A DNA stretch of 64,000 nt from an uncultured Syntrophobacterales bacterium (GCA_964346945.1 CAYFXL010000001.1:626-64625), one strand, 5' to 3'. Positions 9,749-21,615 are shown, numbered from the stretch's first letter. Made by a program: numbers and translations. The notes: generated from the letters alone by a model not told the origin.

Positions 9749-10219
9749 ATGGTGAGAGAACAGTTGTATAAAATCGGCCAGGTCAGCAAAAAGGCCCGCG
9801 TAACCTTACGGACGATACGGTACTACGAGGAATTGGGCTTAATCCAACCTGTTGTTCGCACGAAAGGGGGGTTCCGATTATATACAGAAGAATCCGTAGA
9901 GAGGTTGAGATTTATCCAAGGCCTGAAATTACTTGACTTTCCCCTCGCTAAGATAAAGGAGATGTTCAAGATCAGGCAAATAGCACAATCGGGGGATGAA
10001 GCCTCTCATCGAATAATGCGACTTTTGCAGAGCCAGCAACGAGAAGCCATAAGGAAGAAGGGACAATATGAGAAGATGCTCCAAGAGATCCAGGCGACCA
10101 TGGAGCTAGTTACGGAGTGCTATGGCTGTGAAACCAAGCCGACTTATGAGGCCTGCAGTTCCTGTGGAATTATCTCCCAACCCAGGGGACTTCCCCTGCC
10201 CTTAAGGGTTATTTTGTAG
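9749..10219 (+). CDS. MerR family transcriptional regulator
   Basis: N-terminal HTH YKIGQVSKKARVTLRTIRYYEELGLIQP; C-terminal Cys cluster CYGCETKPTYEACSSCG. Confidence 0.85.
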   Translation: MVREQLYKIGQVSKKARVTLRTIRYYEELGLIQPVVRTKGGFRLYTEESVERLRFIQGLKLLDFPLAKIKEMFKIRQIAQSGDEASHRIMRLLQSQQREAIRKKGQYEKMLQEIQATMELVTECYGCETKPTYEACSSCGIISQPRGLPLPLRVIL

Positions 10220-10314
10220 CCTCCGATGAGCTGGAGAAACCGCTATTGAGAAGTCATCCTTTTGGATGGCTTCTTTTACTTTTATGTAGTGGCGCCGACC
10301 CCCAATCCCCATCT

Positions 10315-10329
10315 TGGCACATTTATTGC
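10315..10329 (+). promoter_or_regulatory. sigma54 (-24/-12) promoter
   Basis: TGGCAC-ATTTA-TTGC matches the TGGCAC-N5-TTGC consensus exactly. It lies about 160 nt upstream of the HEAT-repeat gene. Confidence 0.6.
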
Positions 10330-10491
10330 TCAATTTCATTCTGCAGGTTTAATTTATTGGGCCGTTTGGCCTGCAAAAAGCCCTCTATCAAGCATAAAAC
10401 TTCATGGGGCGAGAACAGATTCTGTCCCCTGTAAATGGCAGTTGTAACCATTTTGCATAGAAGTCCATAAAATTTTACGGGTTTTCCGCCG

Positions 10492-12267
10492 ATGAAATCA
10501 GGCAATGTAACCGAATACCATTCAAAGAATGAACCCAAGGAATCAGTGCCTTCCGCAGAACCTCAAATTGAGGAAGAACTAGTCTCCGCGGTGGATTTGA
10601 CTCGATCCCTCCAAAAGGCCATAAAGGCCTTCAAGCTCTACCAGCCGAACAATCCCATGCTCACAAGGCAGTTCGAAGAATTGACCACCAAGTTCACCGC
10701 TCATCTCGATGAATATCAATCATTGAATTTACAGGTTGGTGAATACAAATTGTTCTTTAAGGGGAACCCGGTATACGAGAATACGGACATGAAGGAGAGT
10801 TTGGCTTTCCTCCTTTATAAAGATGGGGTGAGGGAGATCCGATTTTTTAAGGGGCTTGAGAACCAAGAAATCTCTGATTTCTTAGACGTACTCCGAAAAA
10901 ATGAGCAAGCAAGCAGGCTCGAGGATGATATCGTAACCCTCCTCTGGGAAAGGGATTTTTCTCACATCAGCTACTATGCCACCGACGAATTTATGGAGTC
11001 CAACGAAGTTCATGTTCCCGTGAATTATGAGGAGTTCCATACGGGGCTGGAGTTCTCACCAGGTATCGAAGGAGAAACTGTTACCACATCGGCGAAAGAA
11101 TCAGCCGAGGCGGAGATGGTTCTTCCCTTAGGGGAAATGCTCACAGAGCCCACCGGGGATCAAAGGGAGACTTTTGCAAGGTATTTCCAGCTCACCTCGG
11201 AAGAAGTAGGATTGATTGACCGCCTCGTTAACCAAGAGGGCGATATCGATTTCGTCTCAACATTGGTCGAAAGCCTCATGGAAATCCTGCTCCATTTGGG
11301 AGAGGATTTGGAACCATATGAAAACATGGTCACCTTCTTCGATAGAGCCCTTGAATTTTTAGTGTTGAAGGGGGAATTTAAGGCCGCAGCGGAGATCTTG
11401 AAAAACCTGCGAGAAATTCTCGACTCCATGGCTCTTAAGGACAACCAAATCTACGCCATAAATCGCATTTTTGAAGGTGCTGGAAGCGCCCGGATTATTG
11501 GACTCACTGCGGAGACATTGAAACATGAAGGGTTTCTGGACCTCAATACGTGCTACGACTACTTCGACTTGCTCCCCAAATCCGCCATCGAACCCCTTTG
11601 CAATATGGTGGGCCAGCTGGAGTCTTCGAAGGCAAGAAATCTCATTGCCGAGATTGTTGGAAGGAAGGTCAAGGGTAACCTGGAGATGTTGGTCCCCTTC
11701 TTAAGCGATAAGAGGTGGATCGTACTGTGTTACGTTATCAACATAATCGGAAACTCAGGAGACCGGAACGCCATCAAATATCTTGCTCAAACTATCAGCC
11801 ATCCCGATGAGAGGGTACGAAGGACGGCCCTCAAAGCGTTGTCCCGATACGGGGGGAAGGAGAATAGGGGTCTTCTCATTAAGATGCTGAATGACGAGAG
11901 CTCGTATATTCGATCCCAGGCCGTCATCCATCTTGCGAGATCGTCTAAGCATGAGGCCCTGAAGCCTATTCTGTCCGTCATCCAATCAGAAACCTTCCTG
12001 GACAGGGATTTTGCCGAAAAGGCCGCCTTTTTTAGGGCTATTGGCGAGATACGTTCCCATGAAGCCCTCCCCGTTCTGGAAAAAATTATCGGGAAGAGAA
12101 GTTGGTTTAAGAAGTCAAAATGGGATGAGCTCCAAGTGTGTGCGATTGGGGCTTTGCGGATGATTGGTACAGAGGAATCAAGGAGAATACTGGAAATGGG
12201 GAAACAATCTAAGAATCGGGGGGTAAGAAGGGCTTGCCTCCAGGCCCTAAATGAGCCGACGGCCTGA
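10492..12267 (+). CDS. HEAT-repeat protein
   Basis: 591 aa. The C-terminal third carries PBS-lyase/HEAT-like repeats (DERVRRTALKALSRYG, SSYIRSQAVIHLARS, GVRRACLQALNE). Confidence 0.7.
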   Translation: MKSGNVTEYHSKNEPKESVPSAEPQIEEELVSAVDLTRSLQKAIKAFKLYQPNNPMLTRQFEELTTKFTAHLDEYQSLNLQVGEYKLFFKGNPVYENTDMKESLAFLLYKDGVREIRFFKGLENQEISDFLDVLRKNEQASRLEDDIVTLLWERDFSHISYYATDEFMESNEVHVPVNYEEFHTGLEFSPGIEGETVTTSAKESAEAEMVLPLGEMLTEPTGDQRETFARYFQLTSEEVGLIDRLVNQEGDIDFVSTLVESLMEILLHLGEDLEPYENMVTFFDRALEFLVLKGEFKAAAEILKNLREILDSMALKDNQIYAINRIFEGAGSARIIGLTAETLKHEGFLDLNTCYDYFDLLPKSAIEPLCNMVGQLESSKARNLIAEIVGRKVKGNLEMLVPFLSDKRWIVLCYVINIIGNSGDRNAIKYLAQTISHPDERVRRTALKALSRYGGKENRGLLIKMLNDESSYIRSQAVIHLARSSKHEALKPILSVIQSETFLDRDFAEKAAFFRAIGEIRSHEALPVLEKIIGKRSWFKKSKWDELQVCAIGALRMIGTEESRRILEMGKQSKNRGVRRACLQALNEPTA

Positions 12268-12282
12268 CATGCGGAGGAATCA

Positions 12283-13767
12283 ATGGCTGAGAATGTTGTA
12301 CCGGATATGGCTATAAAAACCCCAGAGGAAGCTGTTTCGCTGGATGCGAACGAGGTAAGGAATTCCCGACTGGATAACGACTTGATCATCAAACTCCACA
12401 TCTTGATGAAGAGCTCCCAGATTTATGATCAGAAGAACGTTGCCTTAAATCAGGTAGTACAGGGATCACTGGCATTGATTAAACACTTCTTGAAATCCGA
12501 GGGTTCCCTGGGCTTGAAGGTGATACGTAATGGACTCTTCATCAACGGCAAGAGGTTGAAGGTTGGGGTCGATAGTTATATCGGGTTTAAGTTCGTCTTG
12601 GAGCAGTTTCAGAAGAAGAGGGTGGGAGAGATTCGGATATCTGGGATTCTGGACGAAAAGATGCTCAAGGAGTTCGTCTATAATCTGATCAATTTGGGTG
12701 ATGGAGATGAAGGGAACGCAAGGAAGTTGCAAGACCATTTGAATCGGCTCGGCATCAAACCCATTGAAGTTGAGCCACTGGAAATCTTCGAGGAGGATGA
12801 ACTCTTTGGCGGCCACACAAATCCCAAAGAGGCTGGAAAGAAGCTCTTCTTCGAGACCATCGGGGTTATCAAAGGGGTGGTCACCGGGTTTAAGAAGAAC
12901 CAATTTATCAACGCCAGAAAATTGAAGAGAATGGTCCAGGGAGCGGTCAACCTGATGGTAAAGGATGAATCGATACTCCTTGGCCTGACCACGATAAAGA
13001 ATTATGACGAATATACCTTCAACCACTGTGTAAACGTAGCCATCTACTCTCTGGCCATTGGGCGGAGGCTCGGTTTTTCTAAGAAGACTCTGACCGAATT
13101 GGGGATGACGGGCCTTTTACACGATATGGGAAAGGCGAAGATACCCAAGGAGATTCTCAATAAGCCCGATAAGTTAGACGATGACGAATGGAGGCTCATG
13201 AGAGAGCATCCCATGACAGGTGTTGAGATGATGTTGAAGATAAAACAATTGGGGGAAATGAGCCCAAAGATGGCCATCGGCGTGTTCGAACACCACCTGA
13301 ATTGGGATCTAACGGGCTACCCAAAACTCATAAGGAAAAAAGATCTCACCATATTCGGAAGGATTATTAAGATCGCCGATTGTTACGATGCTATGACTAC
13401 ACCCAGGGCCTACCGAAAGACAACCTATCGGCCCGAACAGGCATTGGCCATTATGGTGCAGGACAGGAATGGGTTTGATCCCGTGCTGCTCAAGGTGTTC
13501 ATCGCCATCATCGGGATCTATCCCATAGGATCCCTGGTCCTGCTCGATACCAAGGAGATGGGCGTAGTTTATGAGACGAACCCAGATCCCCAATATATCA
13601 ATCGACCGAAAGTGATCCTCATTTCTCAATCAGAGGGGAAGAGAAGAATTGGCCCAGCCGTAGATCTGGCGGAAATGGATGGCGAAAAGAAAACCTATAA
13701 GAGAAGAATCGTTAAGGCACTGGATCCTAAGAAATACCACGTCAATATCGTGGAGCATTTCTTGTAA
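12283..13767 (+). CDS. HD-GYP domain protein (putative c-di-GMP phosphodiesterase)
   Basis: LLHDMGKAKIP, REHPMTG, FEHHLNWDLTGYPK and IADCYDAMTTPRAYRK form a full HD-GYP signature. SD GGAGGA lies upstream of the ATG. Confidence 0.85.
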   Translation: MAENVVPDMAIKTPEEAVSLDANEVRNSRLDNDLIIKLHILMKSSQIYDQKNVALNQVVQGSLALIKHFLKSEGSLGLKVIRNGLFINGKRLKVGVDSYIGFKFVLEQFQKKRVGEIRISGILDEKMLKEFVYNLINLGDGDEGNARKLQDHLNRLGIKPIEVEPLEIFEEDELFGGHTNPKEAGKKLFFETIGVIKGVVTGFKKNQFINARKLKRMVQGAVNLMVKDESILLGLTTIKNYDEYTFNHCVNVAIYSLAIGRRLGFSKKTLTELGMTGLLHDMGKAKIPKEILNKPDKLDDDEWRLMREHPMTGVEMMLKIKQLGEMSPKMAIGVFEHHLNWDLTGYPKLIRKKDLTIFGRIIKIADCYDAMTTPRAYRKTTYRPEQALAIMVQDRNGFDPVLLKVFIAIIGIYPIGSLVLLDTKEMGVVYETNPDPQYINRPKVILISQSEGKRRIGPAVDLAEMDGEKKTYKRRIVKALDPKKYHVNIVEHFL

Positions 13768-13805
13768 CCACAACGAACCCTTGGGAGTTCCTCCCAGCAT
13801 CGACT

Positions 13806-15824
<2,019 letters not shown>

Positions 15825-16301
15825 TCACGTCTCTTGACCTTTATAGGAGGTGTTTCCCTAACCTGCTAGTTCTATGGAAAATCATTTTTTCATGGGAAAT
15901 CACCCTCGTTCAGCGGATTACGCTCAGGGAAGAGGGTTTTCCCCATAAGCCTTGGAAATTCCAGAACTATCCCTCATTCATCATCTTAGTGGTATTGTAA
16001 ATCGAGGAGGATTGATTGTCAATTTTCTCGCGATGGGGAAATCCGCCGAAAAATCCCCTTTTGGGCCTCCTATTTTCGAGAAAACCGAGGGGACGAAGAC
16101 TTCATAAAAAAAATTTATTTAAATTCAATAAGTTAAAATGTAATTTCAATATAATTTTAATTGTTGTTATTATAGTATCCCGTAATTATTGATATTTTAT
16201 GATTGAAAATATTTCATAAATTTACCAATTAGGAAAGTCAACCCCCCAAGAATTCGAAAACTATCGAAATTATAAGTAGTTACAAAAAGTAAAAAAATCC
16301 C

Positions 16302-16330
16302 TTGACAAATGAAAATTTAAAGTCTAATAA
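16302..16330 (+). promoter_or_regulatory. dcw cluster promoter (Pmra-like)
   Basis: TTGACA (16302-16307), 17 nt, TAATAA (16325-16330). It sits at the end of a strongly AT-rich tract of about 220 bp. Confidence 0.55.
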
Positions 16331-16338
16331 TAAGAGAA

Positions 16339-16363
16339 GTGGGATAAAGTGGTAAAAAGTGGT
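16339..16363 (+). promoter_or_regulatory. Three MraZ-type direct repeats (operator)
   Basis: GTGGGataaaGTGGTaaaaaGTGGT: three GTGG[G/T] boxes with exact 10-bp phasing, between the -10 element and the mraZ start codon. Confidence 0.65.
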
Positions 16364-16382
16364 AAGAAAAGGGGAATCCACC

Positions 16383-16823
16383 ATGTTCAGGGGAAGGCAT
16401 GAACATACCATTGATCCAAAGGGGAGGGTGAGCATACCTGCAAAATTCCGGGAAGTCCTGGGCAAGAAGTACGACGACCGCCTCGTTATCACCAATTTCG
16501 ACGGTTGTCTAGTGGCTTACCCGTATGAGGAATGGATCCTCCTGGAGGAAAAAGCCAGTTCACTATCAATGGTGAAGAAGGAGACACGGGCTTTCATGAG
16601 ATTTTTCTATTCCAGCGCCATCGAGTGCACCCTGGACAAACAGGGAAGGATTCTCATCCCGCAAACCCTAAGGGAATATGCAGACCTCGATAAGGAAGTC
16701 ATCTTGGTCGGACAATTGAGGAAGATCGAGATTTGGTCGAAGAGGAGGTGGAGCGAGGAAATCATCAAAGCCCATGAGAATTTCGACGAGATTAGCGACG
16801 TCCTTTCGGAATTGGGCCTTTGA
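16383..16823 (+). CDS. mraZ: Transcriptional regulator MraZ
   Basis: Canonical start MFRGRHEHTIDPKGRVSIPAKFR and second half-domain LDKQGRILIPQTLREYA. The track start at 16359 is a GTG inside the operator repeats. Confidence 0.93.
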   Translation: MFRGRHEHTIDPKGRVSIPAKFREVLGKKYDDRLVITNFDGCLVAYPYEEWILLEEKASSLSMVKKETRAFMRFFYSSAIECTLDKQGRILIPQTLREYADLDKEVILVGQLRKIEIWSKRRWSEEIIKAHENFDEISDVLSELGL

Positions 16824-16850
16824 CCAAATTCATCGGAGCAATGGGGAGGT

Positions 16851-17759
16851 TTGAAATGGGATACCTACGATATGGCCTATGAACATTTCCCCGTGCTAGT
16901 AGAGGAGGTTCTCGAATTTCTTCAACCACATCCCGACGGGATATATGTCGATGGTACCCTGGGTGGTGCAGGCCATGCCATCAAGATCCTGGAACGAAGT
17001 TCACCAACGGGTCGCCTCATCGGTGTCGACCGAGATAAAGAAGCCATTGAGGAAGCCCGCAAGAGGCTAAAGCCATATGAAGGGAGAACCACCATCGTCC
17101 ACGGAAATTTCTCCGATCTGAGGGAACTATTGACGAAACTGAATATCAGCAAGGTGGATGCTATATTATTGGACTTGGGAGTTTCGTATCAGCAATTGAC
17201 CGACGCTAAGAGGGGATTCAGCTTCCAATCGGAGGGTCCCCTGGATATGAGGATGGATCGAACGGAAGGAGAGCCTGCATCAAAATTGATCAATACCCTC
17301 TCCCAAGGGGAATTAGAGGGAATCCTCCGGAGGTATGGGGAAGGAAGATGGGCGAGGAGGATCGCCAAGGCTATCGTCAGGCATCGGCAAAAAACCCCCA
17401 TCGCCACCACGACGCAGCTCAGGGATATCATTTCCCGGGCCGTACTGAAACCTCCCCGTCATATCCATCCCGCTACAAAAGCCTTTCAGGCGATCAGAAT
17501 AGCAGTGAACGACGAACTCAACAACTTGGGGAGGCTAATCCGAGAGGGTATCCCCCTGGTGAAGAGCCGGGGACGCCTCTGTATCATATCCTTTCACTCC
17601 CTGGAGGACCGAATCGTTAAGGAGACCTTTCGGCATTACGAAAGGTCCCCCCAATTATTAACCATTATCACCAAGAAACCGATTGCCCCTTCGAAGAGGG
17701 AAATTGCCGAGAATCCGAGGGCCAGAAGCGCCAAATTACGGGTTGCGGAAAGGGTTTGA
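16851..17759 (+). CDS. rsmH: 16S rRNA (cytosine1402-N4)-methyltransferase
   Basis: HFPVLVEEV..DGTLGGAGHA..DLGVSYQQL..ISFHSLEDRIVK. The start may instead be the ATG at 16872. Confidence 0.93.
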   Translation: MKWDTYDMAYEHFPVLVEEVLEFLQPHPDGIYVDGTLGGAGHAIKILERSSPTGRLIGVDRDKEAIEEARKRLKPYEGRTTIVHGNFSDLRELLTKLNISKVDAILLDLGVSYQQLTDAKRGFSFQSEGPLDMRMDRTEGEPASKLINTLSQGELEGILRRYGEGRWARRIAKAIVRHRQKTPIATTTQLRDIISRAVLKPPRHIHPATKAFQAIRIAVNDELNNLGRLIREGIPLVKSRGRLCIISFHSLEDRIVKETFRHYERSPQLLTIITKKPIAPSKREIAENPRARSAKLRVAERV

Positions 17760-17769
17760 AGTGAGCAAG

Positions 17770-18105
17770 ATGATCTTTCCGTCAGCGATAGCCCATCCCA
17801 TAAGGGGGATGGTAATACCCGAAAAAGTTAAGGCCAGGGGAAAGGCTCGTGGGCTCCTTGTATTTTGCATCATAGCTGCCATAATAGCCGGTTCCCTTTT
17901 TTACGTTTGGTCTCGGGTTTTGGTAATCAACCTGGGATACGACCTCTCGGAAGCCATGGAGGTGCATTGGAAGTTGGCCGGGGAAAACAAGAAATTACGC
18001 ATCGAGATAGCCACCCTGAGATCCCTGGCAAGGATTGAACGGATTGCCCAGGAGGAGCTCGAGATGGAGAAGCCCCTGCCTGGGCAGATCATCTTGATGA
18101 AATGA
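17770..18105 (+). CDS. ftsL: Cell division protein FtsL-like (single TM helix plus coiled coil)
   Basis: The position between rsmH and ftsI is conserved. TM segment LLVFCIIAAIIAGSLFYVW is followed by a heptad region. The start is uncertain (17761 GTG or 17770 ATG). Confidence 0.7.
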   Translation: MIFPSAIAHPIRGMVIPEKVKARGKARGLLVFCIIAAIIAGSLFYVWSRVLVINLGYDLSEAMEVHWKLAGENKKLRIEIATLRSLARIERIAQEELEMEKPLPGQIILMK

Positions 18106-20066
18106 GACGAAAACCCATAAATTGGACAAGAGCTCGTATATTCGTCGTATTTATTCTCCTTTTTCTCTGTTTTCCTCTCATTTTCCTCCGGATTATTCAG
18201 CTCCAGCTCGTAAAGAAGGACGAGCTCTCTCGATTGGCGTCGAAGCAGCACCAGAGTATCATCACCTTCATTCCTAAAAGGGGAACCATTTATGACGCCA
18301 AGGGAAAAATTTTGGCCAAAAGCATTGACGTAAATTCGGTCTACGCAAGGCCGCCTGACGTAAAAAACCCTTCCGAGACAGCCAAAAAGCTTGCCGCTAT
18401 CCTCGATCTCAATAGGGGCGCTCTGATAAAAAAGCTTAAAACGAAAAAGGGCTTCGTTTGGGTAAAGAGGAAGGTTACACCAAAAGAAACTGCTCGCATA
18501 GAGGAATCCAGGCTCGAGGGCATACACTTCGTGAGGGAAAGCAGACGGTTCTACCCCCATTCACATTTGGCCGCTCATCTCGTCGGGTTTGTTGGAATAG
18601 ATTCAAAGGGCTTAGAGGGTGTAGAGGCTAAATACGATGCCCACCTCTCGGGAAACACAACTCGACTCATTTTGGGGAGGGATGCCTTCGGAAGGGAGAT
18701 TGTTACCCAGGTTCCGATCCCCGGAAAATCGCCGCAGAATTACAACCTCTACTTGACCATCGACACAACCATTCAATACACCGTTGAAAAGGAATTGAAG
18801 GCGGCCGTGGAAGGACAGGGGGCGAAAAGGGGTATGGCCGTCGTCATGGATCCCACAAGTGGTAAAGTTTTAGCTATGGCCAATTACCCATCCTTTAACC
18901 CCAATCGATTTTGGGATACTTCCCCAGACACATGGAGAAATAGGGCCGTTACCGACATCTTTGAACCCGGCTCCGTCTTTAAGGTATTTCTGGCTTCGGC
19001 CACCCTTGAGGAGAAGGTGGCCAAAAGACACGACATCTTCTTCTGCGAAAATGGGGCCTACGTCCTTTCGGGAAAAACGATCCGTGATATAAAGAAATAT
19101 GGGTGGCTCAGCCTCGAACATATCATCAAATATTCGAGCAATATAGGCGCGGCCAAGATCGCCCAACGGGTAGGAAGGGAGAAGTTTTATGATTACATTC
19201 TGGAATTTGGCTTCGGACATAAGACGGGGATCGATCTGCCTGGCGAAGCCGGGGGGATCATTAGACCCCCTAAAACGTGGTCTAAGGTCGCCTTGGGAAA
19301 CATAGGCTTTGGGCAAGGAATCGCCGTAACACCCATTCAACTCATAACCGCCATCTCAGCCATCGCCAACGGGGGAAATCTGTTGAGGCCCTACGTGGTT
19401 GATAAGATCGTCGATTCGCAAGGGAACATAATAAGCAAATCCCATCCCGAAATCGTCAGGCGAGTGTTATCGGAAGAGGTGGCTGAAACGATGACCACCA
19501 TTCTCACGAGCGTTGTGAGAGAAGGGGGTACTGGTACGATGGCCGCCCTGTCGTACTATGAGGCTGCGGGGAAAACGGGAACGGCCCAGAAGGTGGATAG
19601 CCTCGTGGGAGGCTATTACGAAGACCGATTCATCAGTTCCTTCGTGGGATACGTGCCTAGTGATCAGCCACGTTTGGTTATTCTTGTGGTGATCGATGAG
19701 CCTCAGGGGATCCCGTATGGGGGGAGGGTGGCTGGCCCAGTCTTCAAGAATATTGCCGAGCGATCGCTGCAGTATCTCAACATCCCGCCAACGAAAGGGC
19801 CTCTCCTCGCTGAAGCCTCGACAAGGAAAGTAGCGTGGCAACGTCCGAAAAGGACCATGCATGAAGCGATGCCTCGGGGAAAACCTTCAAGGAGAATGCC
19901 CGATCTTAGCGGATTGAGTATACGCGCCGCCTTAAATAGGGTAAGGGCTTTGGAGTTGCTGGTTGCGGTATCCGGTAGCGGGAGGGTGGTCGACCAACAG
20001 CCAAGGCCGGGGACAATAGTGGGAAAGGGAGATGCCTGTTTTCTCACCTTTAGACCGGATTTTTGA
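18102..20066 (+). CDS. ftsI: Penicillin-binding protein (FtsI/PBP3-type transpeptidase with C-terminal PASTA-like domain)
   Basis: SxxK (GSVFK), SSN and KTGTA motifs. Conserved dcw position. Confidence 0.93.
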   Translation: MRRKPINWTRARIFVVFILLFLCFPLIFLRIIQLQLVKKDELSRLASKQHQSIITFIPKRGTIYDAKGKILAKSIDVNSVYARPPDVKNPSETAKKLAAILDLNRGALIKKLKTKKGFVWVKRKVTPKETARIEESRLEGIHFVRESRRFYPHSHLAAHLVGFVGIDSKGLEGVEAKYDAHLSGNTTRLILGRDAFGREIVTQVPIPGKSPQNYNLYLTIDTTIQYTVEKELKAAVEGQGAKRGMAVVMDPTSGKVLAMANYPSFNPNRFWDTSPDTWRNRAVTDIFEPGSVFKVFLASATLEEKVAKRHDIFFCENGAYVLSGKTIRDIKKYGWLSLEHIIKYSSNIGAAKIAQRVGREKFYDYILEFGFGHKTGIDLPGEAGGIIRPPKTWSKVALGNIGFGQGIAVTPIQLITAISAIANGGNLLRPYVVDKIVDSQGNIISKSHPEIVRRVLSEEVAETMTTILTSVVREGGTGTMAALSYYEAAGKTGTAQKVDSLVGGYYEDRFISSFVGYVPSDQPRLVILVVIDEPQGIPYGGRVAGPVFKNIAERSLQYLNIPPTKGPLLAEASTRKVAWQRPKRTMHEAMPRGKPSRRMPDLSGLSIRAALNRVRALELLVAVSGSGRVVDQQPRPGTIVGKGDACFLTFRPDF

Positions 20067-20085
20067 GGGCCTGGGATAAGTATCT

Positions 20086-21615
20086 ATGAAGCTGAGAGAC
20101 TTGGTGAAGGGTTTGGAACACGGGCAAATCCACGGACAGATGTCCCGAGAGATTGAGGGAGTTGCCTACAATTCGAAACAGGTAGAGAGGAACTCCGTCT
20201 TTGTTGCCATGAAGGGACAGGAGGTGGATGGACACGATTATATAGAAGAAGCCATTGAAAAGGGAGCACGTGCTGTGATCCTGGAGGACGAAAATCGAAG
20301 GATCAGGGGGATTCCAACGGTGGTGGTACCCAACAGCCGCAAGGCCCTGGGCACTATCTCATCGGCTTTCTTCGGGAACCCCTCAGCTCAGATGATACTT
20401 ATCGGTATCACTGGTACGAATGGGAAAACCACTACGGCGTATCTTGCGGAATCCATACTGCGAGGGGCGGGTTTCAAAACCGGCGTTATCGGAACCATCG
20501 ACTACCATTTCGGGGGAACCGTGCACAGGGCGACAACGACAACCCCCGAATCCTATGATCTCCAAAAGATCCTGAGGCACATGTTGGAGGAGGGAATCTC
20601 CCATGTCATCATGGAGGTCACCTCCCATGCCCTCCATCAACACAGAATCGAGGGATGCCATTTCGATATCGGGGTGTTCACCAATTGCACGCCGGATCAC
20701 CTCGATTACCATAAGACGATGGATCACTATTTTGAGAGCAAGACCAGCCTTTTTACCCAGTTTTTACGGAAAAGCATGAAGCCTCAATCCTTATCCCTCA
20801 TCAATCTTGACGATCCCAAGGGACGAATTCTCTGGGAGAAGCTCTTCGAGCCCAAGATGAGCTATGGGCTCAATGGAGAGAGGCACATCTGTGCCAAGGA
20901 TATCCGTGCCTCTATCACCGGTCTTTCAGCAACCGCCATCACACCCCAGGGAAATTTCTCCCTTCGCTCTCCCCTCCTGGGGGAGTTTAACCTCTATAAT
21001 ATCCTCGCCTCAGCGGGAATCGGACTTGCCCTGAAGGTCCATCCCAAGGAAGTTCGAGGCGGTATAGAGGCACTTCGTGGCGTACCGGGGAGGGTTGAGA
21101 GGATTCAGAATGAGAACGGTTTTCATATCTTTGTTGACTACGCCCACACCCCCGACGCATTGGAGCGGATTTTGAGGACCATGGGCGAGTTCAAGGAAGC
21201 GGCAAGGATCATAACCGTCTTCGGTTGTGGCGGTGACCGCGACAGGGGAAAACGCCCTCTCATGGGAGCGATAGCCGGCCGCTATAGCGATTTAGCGGTG
21301 ATCACCTCGGACAACCCACGGACCGAGGACCCGGCAGCCATTATTGCAGAGATCGAGGGAGGATTGAGGACTGAGTCCATTCGCAAGATGGACCGAGCGG
21401 AGTTATCCGATGGGTTCAAGGGGAGGGGATACATCCAAGTCTTGGATAGAAGGGAAGCCATCCGACTCGCGATCAAACTCGCTAAACCCGGGGATGTGGT
21501 CATAATCGCGGGAAAAGGGCATGAAGATTATCAGATCATCGGAAGGGAGAGGCTCCCCTTCGACGATCGATATGAAATCACGGAAGCTTTGAAATACGCT
21601 CATGATGAGAAATAG
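20086..21615 (+). CDS. murE: UDP-N-acetylmuramoyl-L-alanyl-D-glutamate--2,6-diaminopimelate ligase
   Basis: GITGTNGKTTT P-loop; DNPR motif (ITSDNPRTEDP) typical of meso-DAP-adding MurE. Conserved dcw position. Confidence 0.93.
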   Translation: MKLRDLVKGLEHGQIHGQMSREIEGVAYNSKQVERNSVFVAMKGQEVDGHDYIEEAIEKGARAVILEDENRRIRGIPTVVVPNSRKALGTISSAFFGNPSAQMILIGITGTNGKTTTAYLAESILRGAGFKTGVIGTIDYHFGGTVHRATTTTPESYDLQKILRHMLEEGISHVIMEVTSHALHQHRIEGCHFDIGVFTNCTPDHLDYHKTMDHYFESKTSLFTQFLRKSMKPQSLSLINLDDPKGRILWEKLFEPKMSYGLNGERHICAKDIRASITGLSATAITPQGNFSLRSPLLGEFNLYNILASAGIGLALKVHPKEVRGGIEALRGVPGRVERIQNENGFHIFVDYAHTPDALERILRTMGEFKEAARIITVFGCGGDRDRGKRPLMGAIAGRYSDLAVITSDNPRTEDPAAIIAEIEGGLRTESIRKMDRAELSDGFKGRGYIQVLDRREAIRLAIKLAKPGDVVIIAGKGHEDYQIIGRERLPFDDRYEITEALKYAHDEK

